Shown piece after piece: positions 41,101-51,235 of a DNA stretch of 64,000 nucleotides; position 1 is the stretch's first letter; every line of letters begins with the position of its first letter. Source of the stretch: an uncultured bacterium. Lineage in GTDB: Bacteria > Armatimonadota > Abditibacteriia > Abditibacteriales > Abditibacteriaceae. The notes beneath the pieces are model-generated. The model searched no databases. It was given only the letters and a program-made list of their open reading frames with translations, and was not told the origin of the DNA. The DNA is taken from assembly GCA_963843795.1 (NCBI GenBank), contig CAWJLW010000006.1, positions 2,988,375 to 3,052,374 of the forward strand, given 5' to 3'. Made by a program: the position numbers and the translations under genes.

Positions 41101-43437
41101 ATCATTCTGCTTGCTTTTATCATTCTGGCGCTGACAGTTGTGGTAACCAGCTTCCTGTCTTCTAAATTCGAACAGGAAATCAAGCGGTTGAAGCAGGGCG
41201 TTCACTTCGCCGATGTGGGTCGTTTGTCGGCATTGGGTGCGGCGGTCGGCTTGGGCATCGCCAATATGCGACGCCGACCAGTCCGCACCGCTTTGACGTG
41301 CGTGACCTTGATTTTGCTGACTTTTACCGTCTTGAGTTTCACCAGCGTCACGGCCAACATTTCCAACTTTGAGCGCCCTTATGGTGACGGCAAGCGGCCA
41401 CCCGCTTACGAAGGTTTGATGGTACGTAACCCCGACTGGAGCGGAATGCAGTTGGCCGCAGTCAACTCGATGCGCAACGAATTCGCGCAGCGTTTTGGCA
41501 GCGTTTCGCCGCGCGCGTGGTATTTGTCGCGTGATCAAGGCGAAGCCTTGCAGCTCCGCGTCAACAACCTGAATGACCCCAACAAGTACTTCTACGCACC
41601 CGCATTGGTCGGTTTCACGCCCAGCGAAACCGGCCTAAATTCCCCTGTTCCCAAAACTGTTATCAAAGGCAACTGGTTCACCGGCGCGCGCGACGAAACG
41701 CTTTTACCGGTTTCAATGCTGCTTAAGCCCAGTGAACTGCGTGCGCGACGCCAAGCAGCGGCCCAGGCGCGTGGCGAAAAACTACCCGAAGTCACTCTTG
41801 GCACCGAAGGCGGAGACGTGCCACCCTTAGGCCTAACGCAGGACAACGCGATTGGCAGCAAAATTCAAGTTGCCGGAGAAACGATGCGCGTCATTGGCAT
41901 TTTCGATGACGACAAGCTCTATGCAGCACGCGATCTGGACGACGAACAATTCACGCCGGTCGATTACCAGAACGAACAGAACAAACAAACCCAAACCTCG
42001 ACCAGCTTATCAGGCCAGAAGGGCGAAGAAACTCAAGTGCAGCGCTATCAGCACATGGATGCCAACGCGCTGCTCCTGATTCCTTACGAAACCACGCTCA
42101 CACTTGGTGGCTCCACGCGTAGCGTGGCGGCTGGTTTCCGCGATTCGGCTTCGGGCATCTCCGAGTTGCGCCAACTGATGAACCGCGCTGCACTGGGCAT
42201 TTTCGGCGCCACCAAAAACGATAATGGAAAGCTGGTCGCTGCCCTTTATTCATCAGTTGAAACTTCGAGCTACGAAGGTTTCGCCGCGCTGGTGATTCCG
42301 ATCACCATCGCCGCCTTAATTATCGCTAACACCATGCTGGGCAGTGTTTTCGAGCGCACACGCGAAATCGGAATCTATTCTTCGGTTGGATTGGCACCGA
42401 TTCACGTTGCGGCTTTGTTCATAGCCGAGGCGACGGTGTACGCGGTTCTGGGTTCGATTTCGGGTTACCTTATCGCGCAATTAGTGGCCAAAGTCGTGAC
42501 CAGCACGGGGGTTTTAGAAGGCATCACGCTCAATTACTCCTCGTCTTCAGCGGTTATCGCGACTTTGATTGTAATGCTGACGGTTTTGCTTTCGACCTTG
42601 TATCCGGCGTGGGCGGCCAGTCGTTTGTCGCAGCCAGACGCCGACCGCAAATGGAAAGTCAACGAGCCCATTGGCGACATCTGGCGCTTCCAGTTCCCCT
42701 TCACGGTTTCGGGCTTGCAGCCTCTGGGCGTCGCGCAGTTCTTAGCCGACTTTTTTGAAGCGCACACTGATACTTCGGTCGGTAAATTCTACACCGATCG
42801 CGTTTACTTTACGGCGCTGCCCTTGCGCGATGCCGTTGATACCTTGAACGCCGGATTGGACGAAGATATCGTGCGCGCGGCGATGGAAGCGCGCGGCCTG
42901 GAAACCAAAAAACTCACCCGCACGCAAAAATCGAATGCCAGAAAATTGGCCGCCAACGATGACGACGGCGGAGATACGAATGGTGCAAATACCAACGGTG
43001 CGAGCGCTAAATTCAATGTGCCGGATGCAGCGGCAACCGAGCGCGCGAACCCTGAACAGCAATCGCCGATTATCGCGCTGGATGCGATTCCGGCTCCGCC
43101 CGACATTGAGGTTTATCGCTTGGCGATGCGCGTGTGGCTGGCTCCGTTCGACATGGGCGTTTCGCAAGATACCGATATCGTTTTGCTGCCTGCCAAGGAG
43201 CCAGGCCTGTATGAATTGCAGCTGCGCTTGGTGCGTCAGTCGGGCGAAATTGCGGCGTGGAAACGCGTCAATCGCCAATTCATCGGCGACTTGCGCAAGC
43301 AGTTGTTGGTATGGCGCACAGTGAGCCGCGAAGGTCAGCAGGAATATATTCTCAAGGGCCGCGCAACGGTCAGCGGTCATCAAGACGAAGTTCCCAGCGA
43401 AGGTCCAGGCGCGGCGGTCGGTGTGGGCACCAATTAA
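38191..43437 (+). CDS. Giant membrane protein: signal peptide, PA domain, degenerate M28 peptidase-like domain and FtsX/MacB-like permease
   Basis: PSRAPG.PGN, PA-like IYAGQG...GAIVVL, YYDS..PDLAPGAE..ALLELAR, NMRRRPVRTALT, ERTREIGIYSSVG, LYPAWAASRL. The start (38191 vs 38206) is uncertain. Confidence 0.8.
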   Translation: MASAKMPVRVPLFPALLALVACFGLVSQSFSPPAAAQSGAVPKSALASRLQTDVNALTKFPSRAPGTPGNAQAAAYMQNRFAQIFGAGNVQVENYTVTAPVTKSATLNGQRVYPIYPNAVVPSTTPLDGISAPMIYAGQGLPQNFNGQKVEGAIVVLEFNSGLGWITAADLGARAIVFLEPEQTATQTRGPGTQTAPSSRGEAERKFASLPIEVPRYYAPRNIVAGLPTGAGNQNSADATGATALGTGILKSVVRWERVTCRNVLGTIRGTDPNIAGKPGGTLIIGGYYDSMAITPDLAPGAEAAGNAAALLELARQFKARPPKYSVLFLAEGAHHIALAGMRNFAATHFLDTTGKAEKSVTERIDSYKGFVGLDLTSRTNTVGLFAKSSFYNQMTVGAENILLNQFADFAKTLNAQAARLAKQRGVRDEEFYVDGVTGREGRTWRSYLPSPVALDSEVATMAQKPAISFATANDARTLQDTPFDTADHLNYNNLAGQITTIANLMSGGLPDLKRWPDAGGFSKIFGYAVGRSIYRNVGAGASFLPSTPLPDEKLLADDMQKPGAKPMDANTLKNVEGAQAVAFILDRNRDYKSYSGVRGAFIERATFSKPSKDDNPVAQFVFIGPRVGDPKGGGTPQNEIEAYSIDKNGRISFAPDMGSERQRFSPNFNSTTASITYKDAALGQLDVSASVICFESRAMALYDTLDQRYFQILREMVVLDGQTDANPVEYGYIRPAVAPGASDAEPVAIVFGKPEMRFKLIMQMGLLGKRLVLLQTEPRVGKNAGKIVFEGAGFKIDEGGGQAVLHVAYQTARDLWILDQQRIGLLKKFGINNGRVDTLHGAAGCEQGDGPDKYDCPTPLIAEPNGGSIQAAERALETFRYDTFYLEARRAFGLESRAYPDVEATAQDVLKGIIFYLALLLPFAYFVERLLFGSPDIRRQIAGAAGVFLLIFFGIRFVHPAFELALTPFIILLAFIILALTVVVTSFLSSKFEQEIKRLKQGVHFADVGRLSALGAAVGLGIANMRRRPVRTALTCVTLILLTFTVLSFTSVTANISNFERPYGDGKRPPAYEGLMVRNPDWSGMQLAAVNSMRNEFAQRFGSVSPRAWYLSRDQGEALQLRVNNLNDPNKYFYAPALVGFTPSETGLNSPVPKTVIKGNWFTGARDETLLPVSMLLKPSELRARRQAAAQARGEKLPEVTLGTEGGDVPPLGLTQDNAIGSKIQVAGETMRVIGIFDDDKLYAARDLDDEQFTPVDYQNEQNKQTQTSTSLSGQKGEETQVQRYQHMDANALLLIPYETTLTLGGSTRSVAAGFRDSASGISELRQLMNRAALGIFGATKNDNGKLVAALYSSVETSSYEGFAALVIPITIAALIIANTMLGSVFERTREIGIYSSVGLAPIHVAALFIAEATVYAVLGSISGYLIAQLVAKVVTSTGVLEGITLNYSSSSAVIATLIVMLTVLLSTLYPAWAASRLSQPDADRKWKVNEPIGDIWRFQFPFTVSGLQPLGVAQFLADFFEAHTDTSVGKFYTDRVYFTALPLRDAVDTLNAGLDEDIVRAAMEARGLETKKLTRTQKSNARKLAANDDDGGDTNGANTNGASAKFNVPDAAATERANPEQQSPIIALDAIPAPPDIEVYRLAMRVWLAPFDMGVSQDTDIVLLPAKEPGLYELQLRLVRQSGEIAAWKRVNRQFIGDLRKQLLVWRTVSREGQQEYILKGRATVSGHQDEVPSEGPGAAVGVGTN

Positions 43438-43533
43438 AAATCACCGGCAAGTACTTGCAGCGCGTTAAATTTTCGCCTGCAAGTACTTGCAGACGAAAAT
43501 GTGTGGAGATAGGGTTTAGGGAGTAGCGACAGC

Positions 43534-45612
43534 ATGGCATTGAAGAACGATGATCCGATGGATCGCATGACGGTCACGCAGGAAGAAGAGCGGCCATTGG
43601 GGCCGCTTAACGTAGACGAGGGCCTGGGGCCGTCGCCCTCTGGCGACCCGACTGTTGACGCCGACGAATATATCGACGGTTTCAGTTGGCGCACAGTTTT
43701 TGGCGCGCTGTTCATCGGTTTCATCATGATGCCAGGCGCGATTTACCTTTCGCTCGTTGCCGGTCAGGGCATGGGCCCCGCTGCTGAATGGGTGACGATC
43801 ATCCTCTTCATGGAAGTGGCGCGCCGCTCCTATCAAACCTTGAAAAAGCAGGAAATTTATCTGCTTTACTACATTGGCGCTTCCTTGACTTCTCAAGTTG
43901 GCGCGCTGGCTCTCACCGGCGGCGCATTCGCCAACTTGGTGATGAACCAGTATGTTATCAACTCGCCAGTTTCGCAGGCGCTTGGCATTACGGAAGGCTT
44001 GAAGCAATCGGCTTATGGTGGGCGCTGGGTCGTTCCGCCACCCGATTCTCCCGCGCTGCTGGAGCGCACTTTCCTCCATCCCGACTGGATTCCCGCCATC
44101 ACGCTTTTGATGCTGAGTCAGGTTTTTGGCCGCATGCAGTCGTGGGGGTTGGGTTATGTGATGTTTCGCATCACTTCCGATATCGAACGTCTGGCCTTTC
44201 CCCTTGCACCGATTGCCGCTGAAGGCGCGACCGCTCTGGCCGAATCGAGTTCGCAAAAAGAAGGCTGGCGCTGGCGCATCTTCTCGATTGGTTCAATGAT
44301 TGGCGTTGGCTGGGGCTTGCTTTATATCTTGCTGCCCTCAGTCACCGGCCTGGTTTTCTCGCAACCCATTACGATTGTCACCAATCCGTTTATCGACCTC
44401 ACTTCCAACACGCAGAAAATTTTGCCCGGCGCTTTGACCGGCCTGGGCACCGATTTGGGTCAGGTTTTGATCGGTTTCGTGCTGCCGTTGCCGATTGTAG
44501 TCGGCACTTTTATCGCTTCATTCGCCTGTCACATCGTGGCCAACCCGTTTTTGCAACGCGCAGGAATTTTGAAAGAATGGACGCCCGGTTTGGACTTGAT
44601 TCAAACCCAGATCGTTAACAACTTCGATTTTTGGCTTTCGTTCGGCATTGGCACTTCGGTGATCGTGGCTTTGGTGGGCATTATTTCGGTAATCGGCGCG
44701 CTGGCCAAACGCAAGCGCGATTCGGCCAGCGGCGTAGCCAACGTGCGCTTGAAACCACCACCGGGTCGCGGTGATATTCCGATCTGGATTTCGCTTCTGG
44801 TATGGGCTATTGGCACGGTCGCGTTCATCATCATTTGCCACCAGTTGGTGCCTGGTTTCCCAGTCGGTATTCTGTTCTTTTTCGGTTTCGTATGGACGCC
44901 GATTTTCTCGTACATCAACGCGCGCATGGCGGGTATGGCCGGACAAAGCGTTTCAATTCCTTACGTGCGCGAAGCCTCGTTCATGATGGCCGGTTATCAA
45001 AAAGTCGATATCTGGTTCGCACCGATTCCTCTGGCCGATTACGGCGGCATGGCGCAACATTTCCGCACTGTTGAACTCACGCGCACCAAATTCATTTCGA
45101 TTGTCAAAGTTGAACTTTTGATGCTGCCGATTATGCTGGTTTGCTCGTTCCTGTTCTGGAGCTTCATCTGGCGCTTGGCTCCAATTCCGTCGGCCAACTA
45201 TGCGTATGCCGCCAAATTTTGGCCCGCGCACGCGCAGCAATCTGCTTTGTGGATGACCGCTAACCGACCCGGTGCCGACAACGTGCTGTTGCAATCCATC
45301 AAGCCGACTTACATCGCCGCCGGTGGCGCCGCCGCTCTGCTCTCTTACGGATTAATTGCGATTACCGGCCTGCCGCAATTGTTGTTCTACGGCCTGATTT
45401 CCGGCACGCACGCGCTGCCCGCGATGGCGATTCCGATGATGATCGGCGCGATGCTGGGCCGCTATTATTTCGAGAAGCGCTACGGCGTCGAAAACTGGCG
45501 CGCCTTCGCTCCGGTTCTGGTCGCTGGCTATTACTGCGGCATGGGCTTGATCGGCATGGCCGCTGTCGCACTCGCGCTCTTGTCGAAATCAGTTTCACGC
45601 CTACCGTTTTAG
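43534..45612 (+). CDS. OPT/YSL-like multi-pass membrane transporter
   Basis: 692-aa hydrophobic protein; FSWRTVFGALFIG..MMP.AIYL.L, LKKQE, IERLAFPLAP, PPPGRGD. Confidence 0.65.
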   Translation: MALKNDDPMDRMTVTQEEERPLGPLNVDEGLGPSPSGDPTVDADEYIDGFSWRTVFGALFIGFIMMPGAIYLSLVAGQGMGPAAEWVTIILFMEVARRSYQTLKKQEIYLLYYIGASLTSQVGALALTGGAFANLVMNQYVINSPVSQALGITEGLKQSAYGGRWVVPPPDSPALLERTFLHPDWIPAITLLMLSQVFGRMQSWGLGYVMFRITSDIERLAFPLAPIAAEGATALAESSSQKEGWRWRIFSIGSMIGVGWGLLYILLPSVTGLVFSQPITIVTNPFIDLTSNTQKILPGALTGLGTDLGQVLIGFVLPLPIVVGTFIASFACHIVANPFLQRAGILKEWTPGLDLIQTQIVNNFDFWLSFGIGTSVIVALVGIISVIGALAKRKRDSASGVANVRLKPPPGRGDIPIWISLLVWAIGTVAFIIICHQLVPGFPVGILFFFGFVWTPIFSYINARMAGMAGQSVSIPYVREASFMMAGYQKVDIWFAPIPLADYGGMAQHFRTVELTRTKFISIVKVELLMLPIMLVCSFLFWSFIWRLAPIPSANYAYAAKFWPAHAQQSALWMTANRPGADNVLLQSIKPTYIAAGGAAALLSYGLIAITGLPQLLFYGLISGTHALPAMAIPMMIGAMLGRYYFEKRYGVENWRAFAPVLVAGYYCGMGLIGMAAVALALLSKSVSRLPF

Positions 45613-45620
45613 CGAAAGTT

Positions 45621-45672
45621 CAAAACTAAAAAAGCGCGCTGCAAGTACTTGCAGCGCGCTTTTTTAGTTTTG
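45621..45672 (+). terminator. 52-bp perfect palindrome with T tail ending the two-gene transporter operon
   Basis: caaaactaaaaaagcgcgctgcaagt|acttgcagcgcgcttttttagttttg. Confidence 0.72.
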
Positions 45673-45707
45673 TGGGTTACAATTGAACTATATCTCAGAG
45701 GCCCGCT

Positions 45708-46871
45708 ATGAAATCCATCACCCGCCCGTTCGCCGTGTTGCTCGCAGCATCCAGCTTTCTGCTACCGCAAATGCTGCAAATTGCGCGTGCACAGCCCGAC
45801 GAAACTGCGCCAAAAACCGCCAATCCGCCTACCGTTGATGCGCAAAAAGCGATGGATGAGGCGATGAAAACTACACTCGACAAGCTTAGAACGATGACTG
45901 TGGAAGAGATGCGCGCCTATACGCGCGAGATGCAGGAAGAAATGCTGCGCTCGCAATTGTCGCGGCAAGGTTTCAACGATTTGGAAATGCAGGAAATCGT
46001 CATTGATTTTCTGCACCAGCAAGACGAAGCTCGCCAAAGTACCCGCATTGCCGCCGCTCGTTTGCGCGATGCTTTGATGAACGCCCAAATGACGGGGGCC
46101 AAACCCCAAACTTCGCCGGAGCAATGGATGATTCTATTGGCCGCGTTGCACAATGCTGCCGACACCGAGCGGGAACGGCGCACGCGCGCAACGGAAAAAT
46201 TATCGCAAACGCTCAAGTTGAATGAGCAGCCGCGTTTGGACGCGACACTGAGATTAGCAGGTGTCATCGGTGACGAAATTTGGTACATCGGCGATGCTTT
46301 CAGCGGTATGAGCGCATTGAGCACTTTGCCCCTGCCCGCCGCGCAGCCAAAATTCAGCGCGGCTGAATTCGATAAGGGCGCACAAATGGGTCTCGAATTT
46401 GGAAAAAAATTCGCGACCATGACGCCCGAGCAAATACGCGATTATTTGCGCGAAATTCAAGCAGATGCACTGCGAAAAATCTTGACGGCCAATGGTTTCA
46501 GCGAGGAAAAAATGCAAATCACCGTTCTCGATTTCGTGCGCACAGAAACTGCTGCGCGCGCAGAAATTCGCTTGCTGGCCGCTCGTCTGCGCGATGCCGC
46601 CGCCAACCCGCAAGCCGACGAATGGAATTTGCTGCAATTGAGCGTGCAGATGCAAACGGCGAAAGACAACACCATCGCACGCCTGGCAGTCGCGACCGAT
46701 GAACTGGGTAAAAAGCTTGGTTTGCCGGAAAAGCCGCGTTTGATCGCTCTGCTACATTTGTATGGATTTATCGGCAGCGAAACACAAAGCTTCGCCGATG
46801 CTTTGACGAGCGGCAGCGCAGTCGCACTTTTGCCGACACCTGCCGAAATCAAGGCTTTGCCCGCGCAATAA
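45708..46871 (+). CDS. Secreted helical hypothetical protein with tandem ~170-aa duplication
   Basis: Signal peptide; MTVEEMR..LR..GF..AARLRDA..PRL..L.G.IG occurs twice. Confidence 0.75.
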   Translation: MKSITRPFAVLLAASSFLLPQMLQIARAQPDETAPKTANPPTVDAQKAMDEAMKTTLDKLRTMTVEEMRAYTREMQEEMLRSQLSRQGFNDLEMQEIVIDFLHQQDEARQSTRIAAARLRDALMNAQMTGAKPQTSPEQWMILLAALHNAADTERERRTRATEKLSQTLKLNEQPRLDATLRLAGVIGDEIWYIGDAFSGMSALSTLPLPAAQPKFSAAEFDKGAQMGLEFGKKFATMTPEQIRDYLREIQADALRKILTANGFSEEKMQITVLDFVRTETAARAEIRLLAARLRDAAANPQADEWNLLQLSVQMQTAKDNTIARLAVATDELGKKLGLPEKPRLIALLHLYGFIGSETQSFADALTSGSAVALLPTPAEIKALPAQ

Positions 46872-46918
46872 CGCCTTGCAAGTACTTGCGGTGCAATGGC
46901 AGCTTGTAAACTGGGCGG

Positions 46919-47809
46919 ATGCACATTCAATGTAAAGCTCCGGTGCGCGTCGATTTTGCGGGCGCGTGGACGGACGTTAAATTCTTTGCCGATGCCTTCG
47001 GCGGAGCGACGGTCAACGCCGGAATTAATCATTATGTCACCGGCCAAACGCGCAGTGGCGCGCACGCGCCAGGCGAAGGCATTTGCGTCAATTACGAAAC
47101 CGAAATCCCTGCCGGTTCGGGCCTGGGAACTTCATCCGCCCTCAATGTGGCGTGGCTTTCTCTGGCGCGCGGACATCAGCCGCGCAATCGCGAAGAACGC
47201 GGCCAAATTGCCGAGCAAGCTTATCAAGTCGAAACCGTATTGGGCATTTTAGGCGGCAAACAAGATCAATACGCCGCGGCCTTTGGTGGCTTTCACTTGT
47301 ATGAATTCGAGGCCGATAAAGTGCGCGCGATTCCGATTAATATCACGCGTGAAAGCGCTGGCGAACTGAATTCGCTTCTGACGCTTTGCTACACCGGACA
47401 GGCGCGATTGTCGTCGAATCTGCACTCGAATGTGTGGAATGCGTTCCGCGCGGGCAACCCCGCAGTCGTACAATCGTTGTTTGCACTGCGCGAAGCCGCT
47501 TATCGTGCCCGCGATATTTTGGAGTGCGCCGACTGGGACGCGTTCGGGCCGTTATTACAGCATCAACAAAATTGCGCCTCGCAGTTGGACGCCAGCATTT
47601 CCAATGCGCGCATCGCAGAAATTTTTCAGTTGGTCGCGCCGCACACAATGGGCGGAAAATGTTGTGGTGCAGGCGGAGGCGGCTGTATTTTATTCGCCTC
47701 GCCAGATAGTAAATCGCAACAACTCGCCGCGCAGAAGTTACGTGCGCACGACATTCGCGTCATCGATTTTCAGTGGGATTTCGATGGCCTGACTTTAACC
47801 CAATACTGA
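46919..47809 (+). CDS. GHMP kinase (HddA/sugar kinase-like)
   Basis: APVRVDFAGAWTD, PAGSGLGTSS, GKQDQY, GAGGGG. Confidence 0.88.
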   Translation: MHIQCKAPVRVDFAGAWTDVKFFADAFGGATVNAGINHYVTGQTRSGAHAPGEGICVNYETEIPAGSGLGTSSALNVAWLSLARGHQPRNREERGQIAEQAYQVETVLGILGGKQDQYAAAFGGFHLYEFEADKVRAIPINITRESAGELNSLLTLCYTGQARLSSNLHSNVWNAFRAGNPAVVQSLFALREAAYRARDILECADWDAFGPLLQHQQNCASQLDASISNARIAEIFQLVAPHTMGGKCCGAGGGGCILFASPDSKSQQLAAQKLRAHDIRVIDFQWDFDGLTLTQY

Positions 47810-47884
47810 CGCCCGCAAGTACTTGCGGGCGCATCGGCAGCCACTGCCAGTACTTACAAAGCAAACTCCTCACTTTATTCCGTT

Positions 47885-48328
47885 ATGAATCGTTTCGTTT
47901 TCGTCCCATTTTTCGCTCTTACTTCAATTTTCACCCCCCAAATTCAAGCCGCACCAACCGGACAAACCACTGCTGCAAAGAAAACCGTCGCGACGCGCGC
48001 TGCGGTGAAATCTGTCGTGCTAAGCAAAGGTTTCGCGAGTAAACCGCTCGAAATCACCAAGCAATTTTCACCCAAAGACGCCGAACTTCATGCAGTTGTA
48101 ACTTTAGATAAGCCCAGCAGCGGCGATCACATTAAAATTATCTGGATTATCGAAAACGCTGGCGGCGTGAGAAACTACCGCTTCGCGCGAAAAGTCGTCA
48201 CGACGAAGAATAATCGTGTCGTCCATTTCGCTACCACGTTCAAAGGCGATTGGCCGCGCGGCAAATATCGCGTCGATGTGTATTCCAACGGAATGCGTTC
48301 TGGCCAAGCCTATTTTCACGTCGAATAA
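47885..48328 (+). CDS. Secreted hypothetical protein (Ig-like beta sandwich)
   Basis: Signal peptide; WPRGKYRVDVYSNG. Confidence 0.7.
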   Translation: MNRFVFVPFFALTSIFTPQIQAAPTGQTTAAKKTVATRAAVKSVVLSKGFASKPLEITKQFSPKDAELHAVVTLDKPSSGDHIKIIWIIENAGGVRNYRFARKVVTTKNNRVVHFATTFKGDWPRGKYRVDVYSNGMRSGQAYFHVE

Positions 48329-48487
48329 ATTCAATTTCGACTCAGAAAATTGAATTTAAAGAAATGCTGGCGCTGGCTGTTGGTCAACGTTAACAATCAT
48401 TCTATTTTTGCCGCAGTGCAGTTCGACATCGGTAAAGCCAAACAGTGTGCTGCAAGTACTTGCAGCGCGTGTTTTCAGTTGATGCTT

Positions 48488-50314
48488 TTACGGTAATTTA
48501 AACTCGACGGTTTTCATCTGTCCGGCTTTGTCCAGCGAAACTTTTTGCGTGGCGCGCTGGCCGTTCTTGGTGACAACGATTTCGTAATCGCCCAGAAAGG
48601 CGCGCGTTTGCAGTGTGCCATCGGCTGCGCTGGGCGCAAGGAGATTGGTGCGCCATTGTTTCTGCACCAAATCGAGCCAGACTTGACCGTTGGGTTTGGG
48701 CGTCCAATCGCGCTTCCACAGCGCGGCGTCGGGCGCGTAATGACGCCCTTCCCAAAATCCCCACATCAGCACGCCATTCACTGCGGGATGGCTGAACATC
48801 GCGGTCAAAAAGTCGCGCGTGAAATCGGCTTGCAAGGCTTCGCTGGGAACTTGCACATCGAATTCAGTGATTTGAATCGGCAAATTGAACTTCGACAGAT
48901 CATCCAGAATTTCCAACATCCTTACCGGCGGCGTCAAATCGGAGCCGAAGTGACCTTGAATTCCGATTCCGTCGATGGGCGCCTTTTCTTTTTGGAGAAA
49001 CGCGATGGTATCTGAAAAATGCTTCTGATGCGCGCGATCATTGCCGCCCGACGCCAAAATCCCGTAATCGTTGAGATATAAGCGCGCTTGCGGATCGGCG
49101 CGGCGCGCGGCCCGAAACCATTCGCTTTGGGCTGATGGCCCCAGCAAATCAATGATGTCGTGATTTTTATACGGTTCGTTCAACACGTCCCAATCGTGCA
49201 ACTGACCGCGCAGCGCGCTCACTTCGTCGGTGATATGAGCCGCCATCGCGCGCCTCACCGCGTCGGGATCGCCTTTCATGTCTTGCAATTGCGAGGGCGA
49301 ATGTTTCCAGCTCGGCCACACCAAAACGTGACCGCGCGCTTCGATTCCGGCTTCGCGCAGCCATTTGAGCGCTTGCTGTGGCGTTTCGCGGTCGGCTTTC
49401 CATCTATCCCATTTCAAATCGTTCTCGAACACGATGCGATTGAATTGCGACTTCACCATTTCCTGATATTTGCGGTCGGCGGCATCGCTCGAAATCAACC
49501 CTTTGGCGCTCACGGCTGAGCCGAACGCGAACGCTTGTCGCGTTTGCCGAATCGTAATTTCCGCGCCCGAAACCGGGTGTCCGGCGCGGTCGCGCACGCT
49601 GATTTTCAAATCGCCCTTGCGAATTTTTTCGATACGTTCCTGCGCCGCTTTGCGCCAGGCGGCATTGGGTTCGTTGCCCGCGTAAGTGAGTTTGGTGGCT
49701 GGTAGCGATTCTTTCGCCACACTTTTGGCGTAATTGAGCAGCGAAATTCCGGCGATTTCCACGATTTGCGGCCCGTAACCCAAACGCAAATTCATCACAG
49801 CTTCGCCCGGCGCGTAATCGTCTGCCGCACGAAATGGGAAATCGAAGCGTTTCCACGTCGTGCCCACGCTGGTTTCATAGCCGAACGAGCGCTTGAAGTC
49901 GGGCGTCGCCTGTTCAAAAGTGAAACCGATAAAGCCTTCCTGCATCGGCGATTCGATGGTGCGCGCCCAAAACGACGCCAGTAAAATATCGCCTTTGGCA
50001 ATCGGCTCCACGTTGCGCGACGCAAGTTGAATGTCGTAAGGGCGCGGCGGCGGAACCATGGTGCGCACGCGCAAAGCGCGCTCGAAATCGGGCGTTTTGG
50101 CATCGACAGTTGTGACCTGAGCATCGCCCGCTTTGGGGCCACCCATTTTGAAACTCGATAGCGTATCGGCGGGCAGCAGAGAAATTGCGTTGCCAGCGCT
50201 CTTGGAGGTTTTGACTTCAATAGCACTCGTTTCGGGAACTTGAGCGCACGAGGCGACGGTGTGTGTGGACATGAGAATTAACCACGCACTGTGTGACCAG
50301 AGGGAAAATTTCAT
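48488..50314 (-). CDS. Secreted GH10 glycoside hydrolase (endo-xylanase-like) with N-terminal CBM-like domain
   Basis: FENDLKW, RGHVLVW, WDVLNEP, GIGIQGH, ITEFD, WGFW. Confidence 0.9.
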   Translation of the reverse strand: MKFSLWSHSAWLILMSTHTVASCAQVPETSAIEVKTSKSAGNAISLLPADTLSSFKMGGPKAGDAQVTTVDAKTPDFERALRVRTMVPPPRPYDIQLASRNVEPIAKGDILLASFWARTIESPMQEGFIGFTFEQATPDFKRSFGYETSVGTTWKRFDFPFRAADDYAPGEAVMNLRLGYGPQIVEIAGISLLNYAKSVAKESLPATKLTYAGNEPNAAWRKAAQERIEKIRKGDLKISVRDRAGHPVSGAEITIRQTRQAFAFGSAVSAKGLISSDAADRKYQEMVKSQFNRIVFENDLKWDRWKADRETPQQALKWLREAGIEARGHVLVWPSWKHSPSQLQDMKGDPDAVRRAMAAHITDEVSALRGQLHDWDVLNEPYKNHDIIDLLGPSAQSEWFRAARRADPQARLYLNDYGILASGGNDRAHQKHFSDTIAFLQKEKAPIDGIGIQGHFGSDLTPPVRMLEILDDLSKFNLPIQITEFDVQVPSEALQADFTRDFLTAMFSHPAVNGVLMWGFWEGRHYAPDAALWKRDWTPKPNGQVWLDLVQKQWRTNLLAPSAADGTLQTRAFLGDYEIVVTKNGQRATQKVSLDKAGQMKTVEFKLP

Positions 50315-50390
50315 AAGTTTTCGGAGGCCAATTTGGGTTTATCGGGCCCTGCAAGTACTTGCAGGGCTGGAGAAATGAAAACACTGCCAT

Positions 50391-51164
50391 TTAATAAGTT
50401 TGTCCGTCGCTGACATGGAAAGTGGGATCGTTGCCAGATTCCGCGAAGGGACGTTCGCGACCCCACACTTTGGAACTGGTAGTCGCGGTTTCGGCTTTGA
50501 ACCATTTAGCATGTCCATCGGCGAACAAGAAGTTGGAACCTTCCAAATGACGCAGCAGTTGTCCGCTGCCCACTGTCGCGCCTCTGCCGCCGGTCGGCGT
50601 GCCGCCGGAAAACGCGCTCGTCTGCGTAACGGCGTTGCCGGGCGCACATTCGTAAACGTGGATGGTCAGCGAAGCGTATTCCAACGCCGACAAATTGACT
50701 TCCGGCATATTGCCCGTGCCTCGCCCCATCAAATTATTGTAGCCATAATCGGTGAAACCGACTTGCGTCGAATCGGGATTCGGCCCCATCGAATCGCTGG
50801 GACATTGCAAAAGTTGCGTGCTCTTGGTGTAGGGATACAGGGCGTCCGCCCAACCGTAAGGATACGTATAAGGCGGAGCTTTGGTCGCGCCCGACAATGT
50901 CGATAACTGCAAACGCGGGAATCTTTCGTCGTAATCCTGCGTGTATTGCATGAAACCCAAGCCCATCTGCTTCATGTTGCTTAAGCACGAAGTCTTGCGC
51001 GCATTCTCACGCGCTCGGGCAAAAACCGGAAACAAAATCGCCGCTAAGATAGCAATAATGGCGATGACAACTAACAGCTCGATGAGCGTGAAACCTTTGG
51101 CTTTGGCATCACAGCGCGGTTTTAGGTTGGTGACGAAACGCGAGGCAATAACAGAATTTGACAT
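50391..51164 (-). CDS. DUF1559 prepilin-type N-methylation / H-X9-DG domain protein
   Basis: [70 protein letters not shown]. Confidence 0.92.
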   Translation of the reverse strand: MSNSVIASRFVTNLKPRCDAKAKGFTLIELLVVIAIIAILAAILFPVFARARENARKTSCLSNMKQMGLGFMQYTQDYDERFPRLQLSTLSGATKAPPYTYPYGWADALYPYTKSTQLLQCPSDSMGPNPDSTQVGFTDYGYNNLMGRGTGNMPEVNLSALEYASLTIHVYECAPGNAVTQTSAFSGGTPTGGRGATVGSGQLLRHLEGSNFLFADGHAKWFKAETATTSSKVWGRERPFAESGNDPTFHVSDGQTY

Positions 51165-51235
51165 AACGATCTCCTTTGGTTGGGCATTATAAACGCCGAA
51201 AACAAGTTTGAAAATAACTTTGTATCGTGTGGCAA

